From an uncultured bacterium (lineage in GTDB: Bacteria > Oederibacteriota > JAAXVQ01 > JAUVAV01): a DNA stretch of 64,000 bases. This document shows, one piece after another, positions 1 through 9,711 of this stretch. The position numbers and the translations under genes are program-made. Every line of letters begins with the position of its first letter. The first letter of the stretch is position 1. The notes under the pieces were generated by a model that was given only the letters and a program-made list of their open reading frames with translations, was not told the DNA's origin and searched no databases. The DNA lies in contig CAVQBK010000003.1 of assembly GCA_963710755.1 (NCBI GenBank), positions 64,001-128,000 on the forward strand, written 5' to 3'.

Positions 1-287
1 GTCACTACATTTTTTAAAAAATGGATTTAAAGGTTGTCTCTAAAATGGAGAGATCTCATTTTTGATATCGCCTCAGACGCGGCTAGATAGAATTTGGACA
101 CTGTCAGCAGCCTTGGGAAAGACCTTTATAGCCATAGGTATAAAAAAGCCAAGTGCCTTCCAGAACACTTGGTAGCCGAATCTTGGTCCATTTAAATGGA
201 ACCCTATGGCCGTCAATTAACACTATTGGTTAACACAACCCTTTGGCATCACTGAGAAAGAGAACTTCACCCTCACGGAGTGCTGTC

Positions 288-839
288 ATGATTTCATCTG
301 ATCGGCTTGGCGTTGTAGTCGTGCTCTTAACTCTGCTGCTGGGCAACCAGGTTTATGCAATAAATGCTTCCTGTCCGGCTGTGGCCAATGGATTTGCTTC
401 CACCAATGATCTTACCATCGAACCCGGCCATGGCCTGCCATCTTCAGCACAACCCTTTGAGCACAGCCAATTCCACGGCTGTCATTTCCAAGCAGAAGTT
501 CATTACCGTCTGGATAAAAACAGCGGCCAAGCAGTGCCCATCCAAGTGATTATCAACAAACATAGCGGACCCAAGCACCTGCGCCATCAAATCGTGTTTG
601 TTTTCGCCACCACCACTGATGATCGTCCTCCCTTCAGCCATGGTCTGAACGCCGACGGTTGGTTTAATGGTCAAAAGGCCAGATTGACCGTCCAGTTTAA
701 TCGCGACGGCACCTTGCGCCGATTAATTCAACACAACTGGAACACTTCCTCCGGCCAGCGTTATATTATTTTCAATTGCTTTGAAGTTCAGTTACCCGAT
801 CAAACGGTATACCACAGCCAGATCGTCCGTCTTCCCTAA
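288..839 (+). CDS. Hypothetical exported protein
   Basis: ORF 243..839; likely ATG at 288 after GGAG (277-280); hydrophobic N-terminus ending VYA resembles a signal peptide; no recognisable domain. Confidence 0.55.
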   Translation: MISSDRLGVVVVLLTLLLGNQVYAINASCPAVANGFASTNDLTIEPGHGLPSSAQPFEHSQFHGCHFQAEVHYRLDKNSGQAVPIQVIINKHSGPKHLRHQIVFVFATTTDDRPPFSHGLNADGWFNGQKARLTVQFNRDGTLRRLIQHNWNTSSGQRYIIFNCFEVQLPDQTVYHSQIVRLP

Positions 840-942
840 CAGCACCGCTAGCCGCTTCCGCGCCTATTCTTTCCTGCCGGCTTGTTTTCCCTTTCCGGCT
901 ATGATAGTCTAGCCTCATCATTGGCACAGAAAGGATTATCAC

Positions 943-2721
943 ATGACCACAACAGGCGCTGAAGCCATACGCTGGGACTTATCGGAACTCTATACTGATC
1001 CGGAAGACCCTAAACTGCAGGCTATATTAACTTCAGCTGAAACTCAAAGTCAAACCTTCGAAGCAACTTATAAAGGCAAGGTTAAAGAGCTGACCGCAGA
1101 GCAACTGCGCCAAGCTTTTTCCGAATTAGAAGCTCTGTTGACCGGGCTGTATAAAGCCGAGCAATTCGCCTCACTGCTCTTTGCCGTGGATACAGGCAAT
1201 GACAAGTTAAAAGCCTTTGAAGCCAAAGTGAATGAACGGTTGGCCAAGATCGGCAACCAGCTGGTGTTCTTTGACCTTGAATTGGGCCAGCTGTCGCAGG
1301 AGCAAGCTCAAACCTATGCTGATAATCCCCGGCTGTCAGAGTTGGCCTATTATCTGAAACGCAAGGTGGAAACGGCGCGCTACGATCTCTCCGAAAAAGA
1401 AGAGCGCCTCAACAACCTCAAAGATCTCACCGGCAGCCAGGCTTTTTACACCCTTTACGAACAGCTGGTTTCTTCCTTCCGTTTTGACTTTGAAGTGGAC
1501 GGTGAAAAAAAGGTGCTCAATGGTGACGAACTGCGGGCCCTGCGCCAGCATGCGGATCCCAGGGTGCGCCGCGAGGCCATGCACCTGTTTCTGTCGCGCT
1601 ATGCCGAGCACCAGCTGGTCATTGGCAATTGTTTTAATGCCATCGTGAAAAGTTACGCCCTAGAAGGGGAATTGCGCGGCTACGCCACGCCCATCAGCCG
1701 CCGCAATGTGGGCAACGACCTCAGTGATGAGTCAGTCCGTGTCTTGCATGAGGCCACGGTCAGCTCCTACCCCCTGGTACAGCGCTACTATGAGCTCAAG
1801 AAGAAGCTCATGGCCATGCCGGACATGACCTTGGCTGATATTTACGCACCTCTGCCTCAGGCCGATAAACGCTACACCTGGGAGGAAGCCAAAGCGTTGG
1901 TGCTGACTGCTTTCCATGGGTTTGACGAGGATTTCCACAGCAAAGCCCTGCGCATGTTTGAACGCCGCCGTATTGACGCACCCGTAGAACCGTCCAAACG
2001 GGGCGGGGCTTTTTGTTCCTCGTCCGTACCCGGCCTTGATCCTTATGTGCTGCTCAATTTCACGGGCCGTCTGCGGGACGTGGCCACGCTGGCTCATGAA
2101 CTGGGGCACGCCATTCACGCCATGGTCAGCCAGGGTCAAAATCTTTTCAACTATCACGCCATTTTGCCTTTGGCGGAGACCGCCTCTATTTTCTCTGAAA
2201 TGGTGCTTACTGATTACCTGCTCAAAACCGAACAGGACCCCAAAGTACGCTTGTCCCTGCTCACCAATAAATTGGAGGATATTTTTGCCTCCTCCCACCG
2301 GCAGAACATGTTCTCCCAATTTGAGTTGCAAGCCCATGGCGCCATTGGCCGCGAATTAATGAGCCCCGAAGGGCTATGCGACCTTTACGCCGCGGAACTG
2401 CAGCGTATGTTCGGCAACAGTGTGATCATGCCCGACGAATACCGCTGGGAATGGTCGGCCATTCCCCATCTGTTTGCTTATCCTTTTTACGTCTATGCTT
2501 ATAATTTCGCCAATCTGCTGGTCTTGGCCTTGTATCAGCAGTACCGCGAACAGGGTGCGGCTTTTGTACCCCGTTTCCGGCAATTGCTGGAACTGGGCTC
2601 TTCCACTAATCCGGCCAGTATCACGGCGGTGGTGGGCGCGGACATTCATCAGCGCGCGTTCTGGGAGAAAAGCCTCAAGGTGATTGAAGGGTATATTGAG
2701 GAACTGGAGAAATTAATCTAG
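943..2721 (+). CDS. pepF: Oligoendopeptidase F (M3B family zinc peptidase)
   Basis: N-terminal WDLSELY, KRGGAFC, TLAHELGHAIH zinc motif, AETASIFSE, W..IPH.F..PFYVYAY; RBS AAAGGA. Confidence 0.93.
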   Translation: MTTTGAEAIRWDLSELYTDPEDPKLQAILTSAETQSQTFEATYKGKVKELTAEQLRQAFSELEALLTGLYKAEQFASLLFAVDTGNDKLKAFEAKVNERLAKIGNQLVFFDLELGQLSQEQAQTYADNPRLSELAYYLKRKVETARYDLSEKEERLNNLKDLTGSQAFYTLYEQLVSSFRFDFEVDGEKKVLNGDELRALRQHADPRVRREAMHLFLSRYAEHQLVIGNCFNAIVKSYALEGELRGYATPISRRNVGNDLSDESVRVLHEATVSSYPLVQRYYELKKKLMAMPDMTLADIYAPLPQADKRYTWEEAKALVLTAFHGFDEDFHSKALRMFERRRIDAPVEPSKRGGAFCSSSVPGLDPYVLLNFTGRLRDVATLAHELGHAIHAMVSQGQNLFNYHAILPLAETASIFSEMVLTDYLLKTEQDPKVRLSLLTNKLEDIFASSHRQNMFSQFELQAHGAIGRELMSPEGLCDLYAAELQRMFGNSVIMPDEYRWEWSAIPHLFAYPFYVYAYNFANLLVLALYQQYREQGAAFVPRFRQLLELGSSTNPASITAVVGADIHQRAFWEKSLKVIEGYIEELEKLI

Positions 2722-2731
2722 GTTAAACGGG

Positions 2732-2930
2732 GCTTGGTCAGCACCTAGGACGCGCGGATGCCATTGTCGTAAATATCGTCCCAATGGGAGGCGTGTTTTA
2801 CCTCGGCCTTGGTGCCTGCCAAAAAGGTTTCCTGTCCTTGCTTGGCCACTGTGGCCGCATACAAGGCAGTAAGGTATCAACGTCATCGCTTATCTGGGCA
2901 CTTTGGTCATGAGTTGCAGAGCCCGCCAGG
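2732..2930 (-). pseudogene. Decayed remnant of the 3' part of the methyltransferase gene at 7132..7965
   Basis: 2732-2792 resembles 7136-7205 (cagcac.tagg..cgcggatgccattg) and 2810-2930 resembles 7450-7570 (ggtgcctgccaaaaa, cttggccactgtggccgcata), with an internal deletion and indels. Confidence 0.75.
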
Positions 2931-2961
2931 AGAATACATGGCTGGCACTTATTCCCATAGT

Positions 2962-3041
2962 CGTCATTCCGGCATGCTCTTAGCCGGAATCCATTTAAAC
3001 TTTTAACTAGCTGCTAAATTCCTGATTGAGTACGGGATGAC
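2962..3041. repeat. REP-like palindromic element
   Basis: gtcattccggc-atgctctta-gccggaatcca hairpin followed by a degenerate inverted copy ending gggatgac. Confidence 0.55.
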
Positions 3042-3187
3042 AAACAAATGGTGATCGACGATAGTGCACAATTTAGCAAGTTGTGGTCGTGGAAAACCAC
3101 CTTACAAACGCTTGCATCATAACAGCCTATCTCTTCCCCATAATTGCGACCGGCCAATAGCGTCGAAAGCCACCATGGCCTTCATCA

Positions 3188-6073
3188 CTATTTGATCAAC
3201 GCTATCTTCTTAATCACCCTTTCACTTTTACCATACTCGTCTTTGGCTTTCACCAAGAACAGATAAACCCCGTTGGCCAGATTGCCCATATAGACTTGTT
3301 TGTGATGAAACCCAGCTGTGGGACACTCGAGGTTAAAGGTCATGACCTTTTGATGCGAAGTGGTATAGACTTGGACTTCCAGCGTACAAGCTGCCTTGAC
3401 GTAAACTGTAAAGTTGGCATTGTTGCCTCTCACTGGATTGGGAGCGGTATAGACAAACTTTTTACTGATTAATTGACCGTCAAAACCTTCAAGATTGATC
3501 GGGGTAGGGGTAACGGTGGCTGTTGGGGTGGGGGTTGGTGTGGGTGCTACCTGATCCAAGGTTTGAATTTCGTAAATATTATTCTGGTCGTCCAGTAAAT
3601 AAACTTCATTTTGATAATCATTATCACCATCGCCAATAGCCTCGGAGATAATATTGGATTGGGTATCAGCTATTTTATCAGCGTGCCAGGAGCTGTTCTC
3701 ATACTTGATTTTATAAACAGCGCCTTCCTGACTACCTGCGGTCAAATCATCCTTGCCATTATTGTCGCTGTCGCTTAACTTCATCACCGACAATCTTTCC
3801 GGGGCTTCGGCTATGGTGGTTTCGGTCCAACTGGAGATGGTTTTAGTATATTCATAAACCTGGCCGTTCTCATTAGCAGCGTAAACATCCACCTGCCCAT
3901 CCCCGTCGAGATCACCGACTGCAACGCTGACCATGGCGCTGGTTTTTGAACCAATTGAATTTATATCCCATGTTAGGCCGTTGAATGTGTATTGATATAT
4001 ATTCCCATTCGCATTGGCTGTATAGACTTCAAATTGCTGGTTATCGTCCGCATCGCCCCAAGCGATCGCTTTAACTTCCTGGGCGCCGGACGGCGTCCCC
4101 ATCATTTCCTTTTGCCATGAAGAAGTTGCCGTCTCTTTTGTGAATTGATAAAGCTCGCCTGAGCTGGTGCCCGCATAAATCTTTACCCATCCGTCATTGT
4201 TGCCATCACCGGCTTCCAGACAAATAATATCATCTGTAGCAGCCCCCATATCGGTCTTGTCCCAAGCAGGGCTTTTGAGAGCATATAAGTGATTGTTGAC
4301 TGACCCAGCAAAGACTTCTTTGGCATGGTCATGATCTCCATCCACCACGAAGCTGGCAACATAGTTTTCTCCTGAGCTTCCATTAGGTAGGGTGCTGCTT
4401 TGCCAGCCGTTCACTAGATAGTCTATTTTAGTCAGATAAAGATTGCGGTTGGCCACAATCAATTCATTTTCACCGTCATTATCGGCATCACCCACACTAA
4501 TCGAGCCCAGGGTTCCGCTTAATGCCGACGCACCAAGTGATTTCACTGGATTAATAGCCGAACCCAAGGGGGGGATACTCTTTTTAAGCACCAGCATCGC
4601 CTGGGTCAACTGTTCTGTTTGACTGCCGGCCGACATCTGCACGTTATAATATCCTGGTGCAGCACTACCGGCATTAACATCGACTTCTGCCAAATGTTCC
4701 GTGGTTTTGGCCATATTCAAAATAGGCAGGTCCACCGTATTTGCAAAAACACGAACTGTGAAGGGCTCAATAAAACTCATCCCCGTTAATTTCAATTTAA
4801 TGGTCTGACCGGTTGCCACATAGTTTGGGTAACTCGCGGTCAAAATGAACTGGTCATTATAAATGAGCAGTCTATTATTCAGCCTCTCGGTCGTGAATAG
4901 TTTTGAATTATAAACAAAAATACCGCTGATGCCAGCCATGGTGTTGGCATCTGCTGTTCCTCCTTGGTTGGCTGCACTACTAATCATATCCGGTTGACCA
5001 ATTACAATATCAGCAGCTGGATTATTCGCTGTTGGCAATTGATTATAGATAAGCGCCCGATTATTGCCCCCATCTGCTATAAACAACTTATTATTGCCGA
5101 CAAAAAATCTCTCTGGGCTGGATAATGAATGGCTGGTACAACTTCCTGTACCCATTCCCTGATTTATCCCTCCATGATTCATATCTACTTGTCCAACCAC
5201 CAAGTCGGCAGAAGCACCGTTGCTGGTGGGGACAGAGTTGAATATAAGAATCCTGTTATTAGTAGGGTCTGATAAAAATAGTTTGCTATTATATATTCTC
5301 ACGTCGCCTGGAGCTTTTATTGCGGAAGCAGAACATCCGCTGTCACTAGTAGTCATATCGGCTTGCCCAATCACAAAATCTGCCGATGAATTATTGTTGG
5401 TAGGAATATTGTTAAATATCAGGACTCGATTATTCATTGCATCGGCAATCAACAGTTTTGTCCCATCACTCCACACAGCTTTTGGATAATATAAGGTATT
5501 GTCTGCGGGATTTAGTTGTCCTTGGTTGGGCTGATTACTGTACATATCGGGCTGGCCAATCACAACGTCAGCACTAGCACCATTTGTGCTTGGTATCGAA
5601 TTATAGATAAGGACGCGATTATTTCTGAAGTCAGCAATAATCAGCTTATTATTGCTGGCCCAAATACCCTGGGCATTATAAAGCGTTGTCGGCGTTGGCC
5701 CGCCGCCTTGATTTTCCAATTTAGCCGTAAAATTAATCTGGCCTACCACCACATCGGCCGCCTGATAATTGGCGGATGGAATACTATTGTAGATCAGAAC
5801 GCGGTTGTTACTATGATCGGCAACAAATAGTTTGTTGCCGGCTAGAAAAGGTGCATAGGGATAGTCATATTTTTGCGACGTTGTTCCTGCGGCAATGGTT
5901 TGCATATCCGGTTGGCCCACCACAATATCGGCGGACTGATTATCGATAAATGCAGTTAGGCTTCTACTGATGCCAAGAAAAACTATTACGGTTACGGCAA
6001 CCTTAATGATGCTCTGCCGCCAAGAAAAGTGGCTTGAAATTATTTTAGCGTCTCCTGAGTTTAATCCCTGCAT
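3188..6073 (-). CDS. Secreted/surface protein: NHL-like repeats, Ig-like linker, FG-GAP/VCBS repeats, PT linker, type-A-sorting-like C-terminal domain
   Basis: Repeated KLxIAD..NNRVLIYN..P..N...ADxVxGQ units; GDADNDGxxE repeats; PTPTPTPTATVTPTP linker; APNP...LANGVYLFLVKA...KKIALIK; start likely ATG 6073. Confidence 0.85.
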   Translation of the reverse strand: MQGLNSGDAKIISSHFSWRQSIIKVAVTVIVFLGISRSLTAFIDNQSADIVVGQPDMQTIAAGTTSQKYDYPYAPFLAGNKLFVADHSNNRVLIYNSIPSANYQAADVVVGQINFTAKLENQGGGPTPTTLYNAQGIWASNNKLIIADFRNNRVLIYNSIPSTNGASADVVIGQPDMYSNQPNQGQLNPADNTLYYPKAVWSDGTKLLIADAMNNRVLIFNNIPTNNNSSADFVIGQADMTTSDSGCSASAIKAPGDVRIYNSKLFLSDPTNNRILIFNSVPTSNGASADLVVGQVDMNHGGINQGMGTGSCTSHSLSSPERFFVGNNKLFIADGGNNRALIYNQLPTANNPAADIVIGQPDMISSAANQGGTADANTMAGISGIFVYNSKLFTTERLNNRLLIYNDQFILTASYPNYVATGQTIKLKLTGMSFIEPFTVRVFANTVDLPILNMAKTTEHLAEVDVNAGSAAPGYYNVQMSAGSQTEQLTQAMLVLKKSIPPLGSAINPVKSLGASALSGTLGSISVGDADNDGENELIVANRNLYLTKIDYLVNGWQSSTLPNGSSGENYVASFVVDGDHDHAKEVFAGSVNNHLYALKSPAWDKTDMGAATDDIICLEAGDGNNDGWVKIYAGTSSGELYQFTKETATSSWQKEMMGTPSGAQEVKAIAWGDADDNQQFEVYTANANGNIYQYTFNGLTWDINSIGSKTSAMVSVAVGDLDGDGQVDVYAANENGQVYEYTKTISSWTETTIAEAPERLSVMKLSDSDNNGKDDLTAGSQEGAVYKIKYENSSWHADKIADTQSNIISEAIGDGDNDYQNEVYLLDDQNNIYEIQTLDQVAPTPTPTPTATVTPTPINLEGFDGQLISKKFVYTAPNPVRGNNANFTVYVKAACTLEVQVYTTSHQKVMTFNLECPTAGFHHKQVYMGNLANGVYLFLVKAKDEYGKSERVIKKIALIK

Positions 6074-6090
6074 AAATATGCCCCCCAAAA

Positions 6091-6897
6091 CTATTTTTTC
6101 TCTCCAAAAAAAGTACGTTTTAATTTTTCTTTCACCTTCTGCATAAAAGGTCTTCTTAATTTGACCATGTAACTGTCTTTAACATCCAGCAACACACAAG
6201 GTTGGTTTACTGTTGCTACGGCGGCTTCCTGGTCGGAGCATAGTGCGAGCATCAAAGTGGGTTGTAAGGCTTCTTGGGTAAGTGACAACCTGTTCTTTTC
6301 ACCCGAAACGACCCTGCATTCTTTTATAGGTACAACCCCGTCTTTTCGGAAGATATAAGACATAAAATAGCTTTTCTGTCCAAACAAGGACAAGTAATTA
6401 AAATAACCTTTAATAAAATCAACAAATTCATTTTCGGTAAATTCCCTTTTATGGAAAGGATTTCCGCCGTAATTATTCCGGTCAGGTGTTGATACTATAA
6501 AAACGCCTTCTGGCTTTAATAGTCGTTTAACTTCATTTAAAAAAACAACTTGTTGCTGCTCACCAATATGTTCCAAGGTTTCAAAGGAGACAATCAGATC
6601 AAAGCTATTATTCTCTGCGAGTGGAATTTGGGTGGCTGAACCAGCCAAATAGCGAATATTGGGCTTTTTATATCGCGATTTTGCCTCGTTAATAGTCTCT
6701 TCGTCCAAATCAACGCCAATAACTTCCCTGGCAGCATCGGCCATAATGTTGCTGCCATAACCTTCGCCGCAGGCAATATCAAGTACTTTTTTATCTTTTG
6801 CCATATCAAGAATCCAATAATAGCGGTGCCAATGTTCATAATCCACATAGCGTTCTGAAGGTAAATAGCGTTCTTCCGTAATCTTGATTTTTTTCAT
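6091..6897 (-). CDS. Class I SAM-dependent methyltransferase (type often found in surface glycan loci)
   Basis: EHWHRY, VLDIACGEGYG, FDLIVSFETLEH, VSTPD, NPFHKRE; RBS GGGAGG. Confidence 0.88.
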   Translation of the reverse strand: MKKIKITEERYLPSERYVDYEHWHRYYWILDMAKDKKVLDIACGEGYGSNIMADAAREVIGVDLDEETINEAKSRYKKPNIRYLAGSATQIPLAENNSFDLIVSFETLEHIGEQQQVVFLNEVKRLLKPEGVFIVSTPDRNNYGGNPFHKREFTENEFVDFIKGYFNYLSLFGQKSYFMSYIFRKDGVVPIKECRVVSGEKNRLSLTQEALQPTLMLALCSDQEAAVATVNQPCVLLDVKDSYMVKLRRPFMQKVKEKLKRTFFGEKK

Positions 6898-7131
6898 ATA
6901 ACCTCCCTAAAATCCCTTGGGCCAGCGCATTTTTTCTATCAGCCACTTGAAGCCAAACCAACTATCCCAATTTCAACTAAAATCGATAAATTTTAACTCA
7001 CAATATTTGCTTATGCAAAATATCTTTACTCTTTTGTGTTGGAGGAACAAAAGCGTGGATGGCACCTAATTCGAAGTAATTATATAAGAGGGCCATCTCT
7101 ACTTTAAATGTGAATGTCTTGGGCACAGAAC

Positions 7132-7965
7132 CTAAGCCTTGCTCAGCACGTAGGCCACGCGGATGCCATTGCCATAGACATCAGCCCAATGGGACGTGCG
7201 CTTCACGCTGACTTCGCCAAAAGCCTGCCAGGTGGGCACCTGAGGCCGGCAGTAGGCCTTCCACGAGAGCCGGTGGCTGCGCAGATTTAATATCCTGAAA
7301 AACTGTTCCAAAGCCGGTATTGTAGGCAACGCCAGCTGGCTTAAATCCTCGCCCTTGGCATTTTGCGTGGCCGGAGGCAAATGATAATCTTTTTTCTGCG
7401 ACCGGGTAAGAGGATAGTAAACCAGAGGCAGTTGAAAGCTGGCCGGGTTGGTGCCTGCCAAAAACGCTTCCCTATCCTTGGCCACTGTGGCCGCATAGTA
7501 CACGGTAAAGGTATCGAGGATAATGGCCTTTCTGGCCACCTTGGCCATGAGCTGCAAAGCCCGCAAGGGATCAGGCAGGTAGTAAAAGAGACCCAGGCAC
7601 AGCACGGTATCCACGCTGTCCGGCGCCATGATCTCCAAAGCTGCCAGCGCCTCCTGAACTTCAAAAGCATAGGCAGATGACGGCACCTGGTAATGGTCGA
7701 ACAAACGATTGGCTTGTTCAATCAGACCGGCCTCGCTGTCCAACCCCAGCACCCGCTGGGCGCCATGATGCCAGGCCGCATAGGCAAAGGTGCCAAAGTG
7801 GCAGCCCAGATCGAGGACAACCTGCCCGCGTATCCACGGCGCTTGGGCAATGATCAACTGTTCCACCCGGCTGTTGAGCGCTTCATAATGATAGGGCACG
7901 GCCCACCGTTTTTGCCGTTGGTCTTCCTGGACAAACAAGGAATTCTTTGTAAAGGTTTCGATCAT
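7132..7965 (-). CDS. SAM-dependent methyltransferase, distant CmoB/DUF1698-like
   Basis: VLDLGCHFG motif I, DTVLCLGLFYYLPDP; 4-nt overlap with the upstream cmoA-like gene. Confidence 0.75.
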   Translation of the reverse strand: MIETFTKNSLFVQEDQRQKRWAVPYHYEALNSRVEQLIIAQAPWIRGQVVLDLGCHFGTFAYAAWHHGAQRVLGLDSEAGLIEQANRLFDHYQVPSSAYAFEVQEALAALEIMAPDSVDTVLCLGLFYYLPDPLRALQLMAKVARKAIILDTFTVYYAATVAKDREAFLAGTNPASFQLPLVYYPLTRSQKKDYHLPPATQNAKGEDLSQLALPTIPALEQFFRILNLRSHRLSWKAYCRPQVPTWQAFGEVSVKRTSHWADVYGNGIRVAYVLSKA

Positions 7966-8678
7966 TTGAAAACCACCCAGGTCGTAAAATTCATGAATTT
8001 AAAGACCGGATGCCAGGCCCTAAACCGGGCCTTAGAAAAAAGTGCTTCCATCTGGGTCACAGTAAAGGGAATCAGGATCGATTTGAGAGCTAGTTCTTTT
8101 TGTTCGATTTCCAGAGTGCTGTAGCCTTGCCGCGCTTTGAAACGGTAATAATGATCGGTCATGAGCGCATTGAGCCGGGAATCGTCACTGCCGGTCTTCT
8201 CCGACACAATCAATATCCCCTTGGGCACCAAGGCTGCGGCCATGCGCTCCAGCAGGCCGGGCCGTTGGTCCGGGTCTACAAATTGCAGGACATAGGCTGC
8301 GTTGATCACCGAAGCTTCGCTCAAAGGCGTGTCTTCAACGCCCTGCGCCAGCCAGTGTACAGACTTCAGATGACGGCATTTTTGTTGGGCCAGTCGGATC
8401 ATGTGGGGCGACTTGTCCACTGCCACCAGCTCGTACGGTTGCTGCAGGGCCTGGTCCATAGCCAGGACCGTGGTGCCGGTGGAGCAGCCCAAGTCATAAA
8501 TGCGCGTGTTGTCCTGGTAATAGCATGCCGTTGCTGCCGCCACAAAAGCCTGCAATTCGTGATAAAAGGGAATGGACCGGCTCGCCATGTCGTCAAAAAC
8601 CTCGGCCGTGGCCTGATCAAAAGTAAAGGGCGGCACAACACTTAATTTTTTACGATACAGCTCATCTGAAGGTGCCAT
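7962..8678 (-). CDS. cmoA: CmoA-family protein (carboxy-SAM synthase homologue) with atypical active-site residues
   Basis: FTFD..AEVFDDM..RSIPFY, YDLGCSTG, VLQF, SEK, FK..QGYS.LEI.QK, NFTT match CmoA. Confidence 0.8.
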   Translation of the reverse strand: MAPSDELYRKKLSVVPPFTFDQATAEVFDDMASRSIPFYHELQAFVAAATACYYQDNTRIYDLGCSTGTTVLAMDQALQQPYELVAVDKSPHMIRLAQQKCRHLKSVHWLAQGVEDTPLSEASVINAAYVLQFVDPDQRPGLLERMAAALVPKGILIVSEKTGSDDSRLNALMTDHYYRFKARQGYSTLEIEQKELALKSILIPFTVTQMEALFSKARFRAWHPVFKFMNFTTWVVFK

Positions 8679-8820
8679 AATTAAAATATCCTTTTATTTT
8701 TCGGAGCCTTGCTTCCGATAATGAGTTAGCCTGGTGTGGCCAATTTTTATTCGTTCCCCCGGCGTTTTCTGTTATAGTAATGTCCATGTAATTATTTCTT
8801 AAAAAGGCAGCTATTAAGCG

Positions 8821-9711
8821 ATGACCCCAACTTTAACCTTGGCCCTATACGCAGCAGCATTGTTATCCGGCGGGCTGACTTTCTATTATTTTTTCCAGAC
8901 CTATCGCGATTCCGGGCGCAGGCTGTGCTACCATTATCTGTTCTTTTTAATCGGGCTGAGTGCCTTGCTGGTGACCACTACGGTAGCCCATTACACCCAA
9001 CACGCCTTTCCAGGCCTGGTGCTGGGACGGCTAACGCAGTCAACCGTGATTCTAAGTTGCTCTATGCTGGTCTGGGCTTTGCCCAATTTAGTCCTCTCTC
9101 TGTATTATCACCCGGCTGCCAGTCAGTGGCATTACGTATTTTCCAATGCCGCGGTTGTCACCTCGCTGATGACGGTACTGCTTTGGTTCTGGCCGGTTCA
9201 GGCCATGGCCACCTTTCCTGTATTTATGGCTTATTTGGCTTTGGGCCTGGCCGCACTTTTTTCCGCAGCCGTACTTTATCAAAACCGTGACGCTGTAATT
9301 AAAGCTTCCTCCACTTTTTTAAAGCTGGCCATGGTGGTCTTTTTTGTGCTGGTCAGCCTGGTCATTTACGCCGAAGCCACCGCTGCTTGGCCAGCCTGGC
9401 CGGGCCTTACCTATAGTTTTCCCATGATTTTTCTACTCTGGAATGGGCTCTCCCTGCTGTTTAAATTCAACGCCCCCGGTGATTCGCTGGCCACCAAGTC
9501 GGCCATCCAAGCTTTTAAACGCGTTCACCAGCTTTCCGACCACGAAGAAGCCATCATTGAAAATATTTTGGCGGGAAAAATGAATGCAGAAATCGCCCGG
9601 GAAATGAATCTGCCCAAAGACATGCTGAACAATCAAATTAACAAGATCTTCCAAAAAGTCAAGATCCAAAACCGCCTCGACTTGCTGAAAAAGATCCACG
9701 AACTTCACTAG
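8821..9711 (+). CDS. Membrane-anchored LuxR-family transcriptional regulator
   Basis: About 7 hydrophobic segments, then LS..E..I...IL.GK.N.EIA...........I..IFQK..I.NR HTH. Confidence 0.8.
   Translation: MTPTLTLALYAAALLSGGLTFYYFFQTYRDSGRRLCYHYLFFLIGLSALLVTTTVAHYTQHAFPGLVLGRLTQSTVILSCSMLVWALPNLVLSLYYHPAASQWHYVFSNAAVVTSLMTVLLWFWPVQAMATFPVFMAYLALGLAALFSAAVLYQNRDAVIKASSTFLKLAMVVFFVLVSLVIYAEATAAWPAWPGLTYSFPMIFLLWNGLSLLFKFNAPGDSLATKSAIQAFKRVHQLSDHEEAIIENILAGKMNAEIAREMNLPKDMLNNQINKIFQKVKIQNRLDLLKKIHELH

Noticed and set aside
2809-3006. 65-aa plus-strand ORF
   Set aside because: Antisense to the pseudogene remnant and runs into a REP-like element
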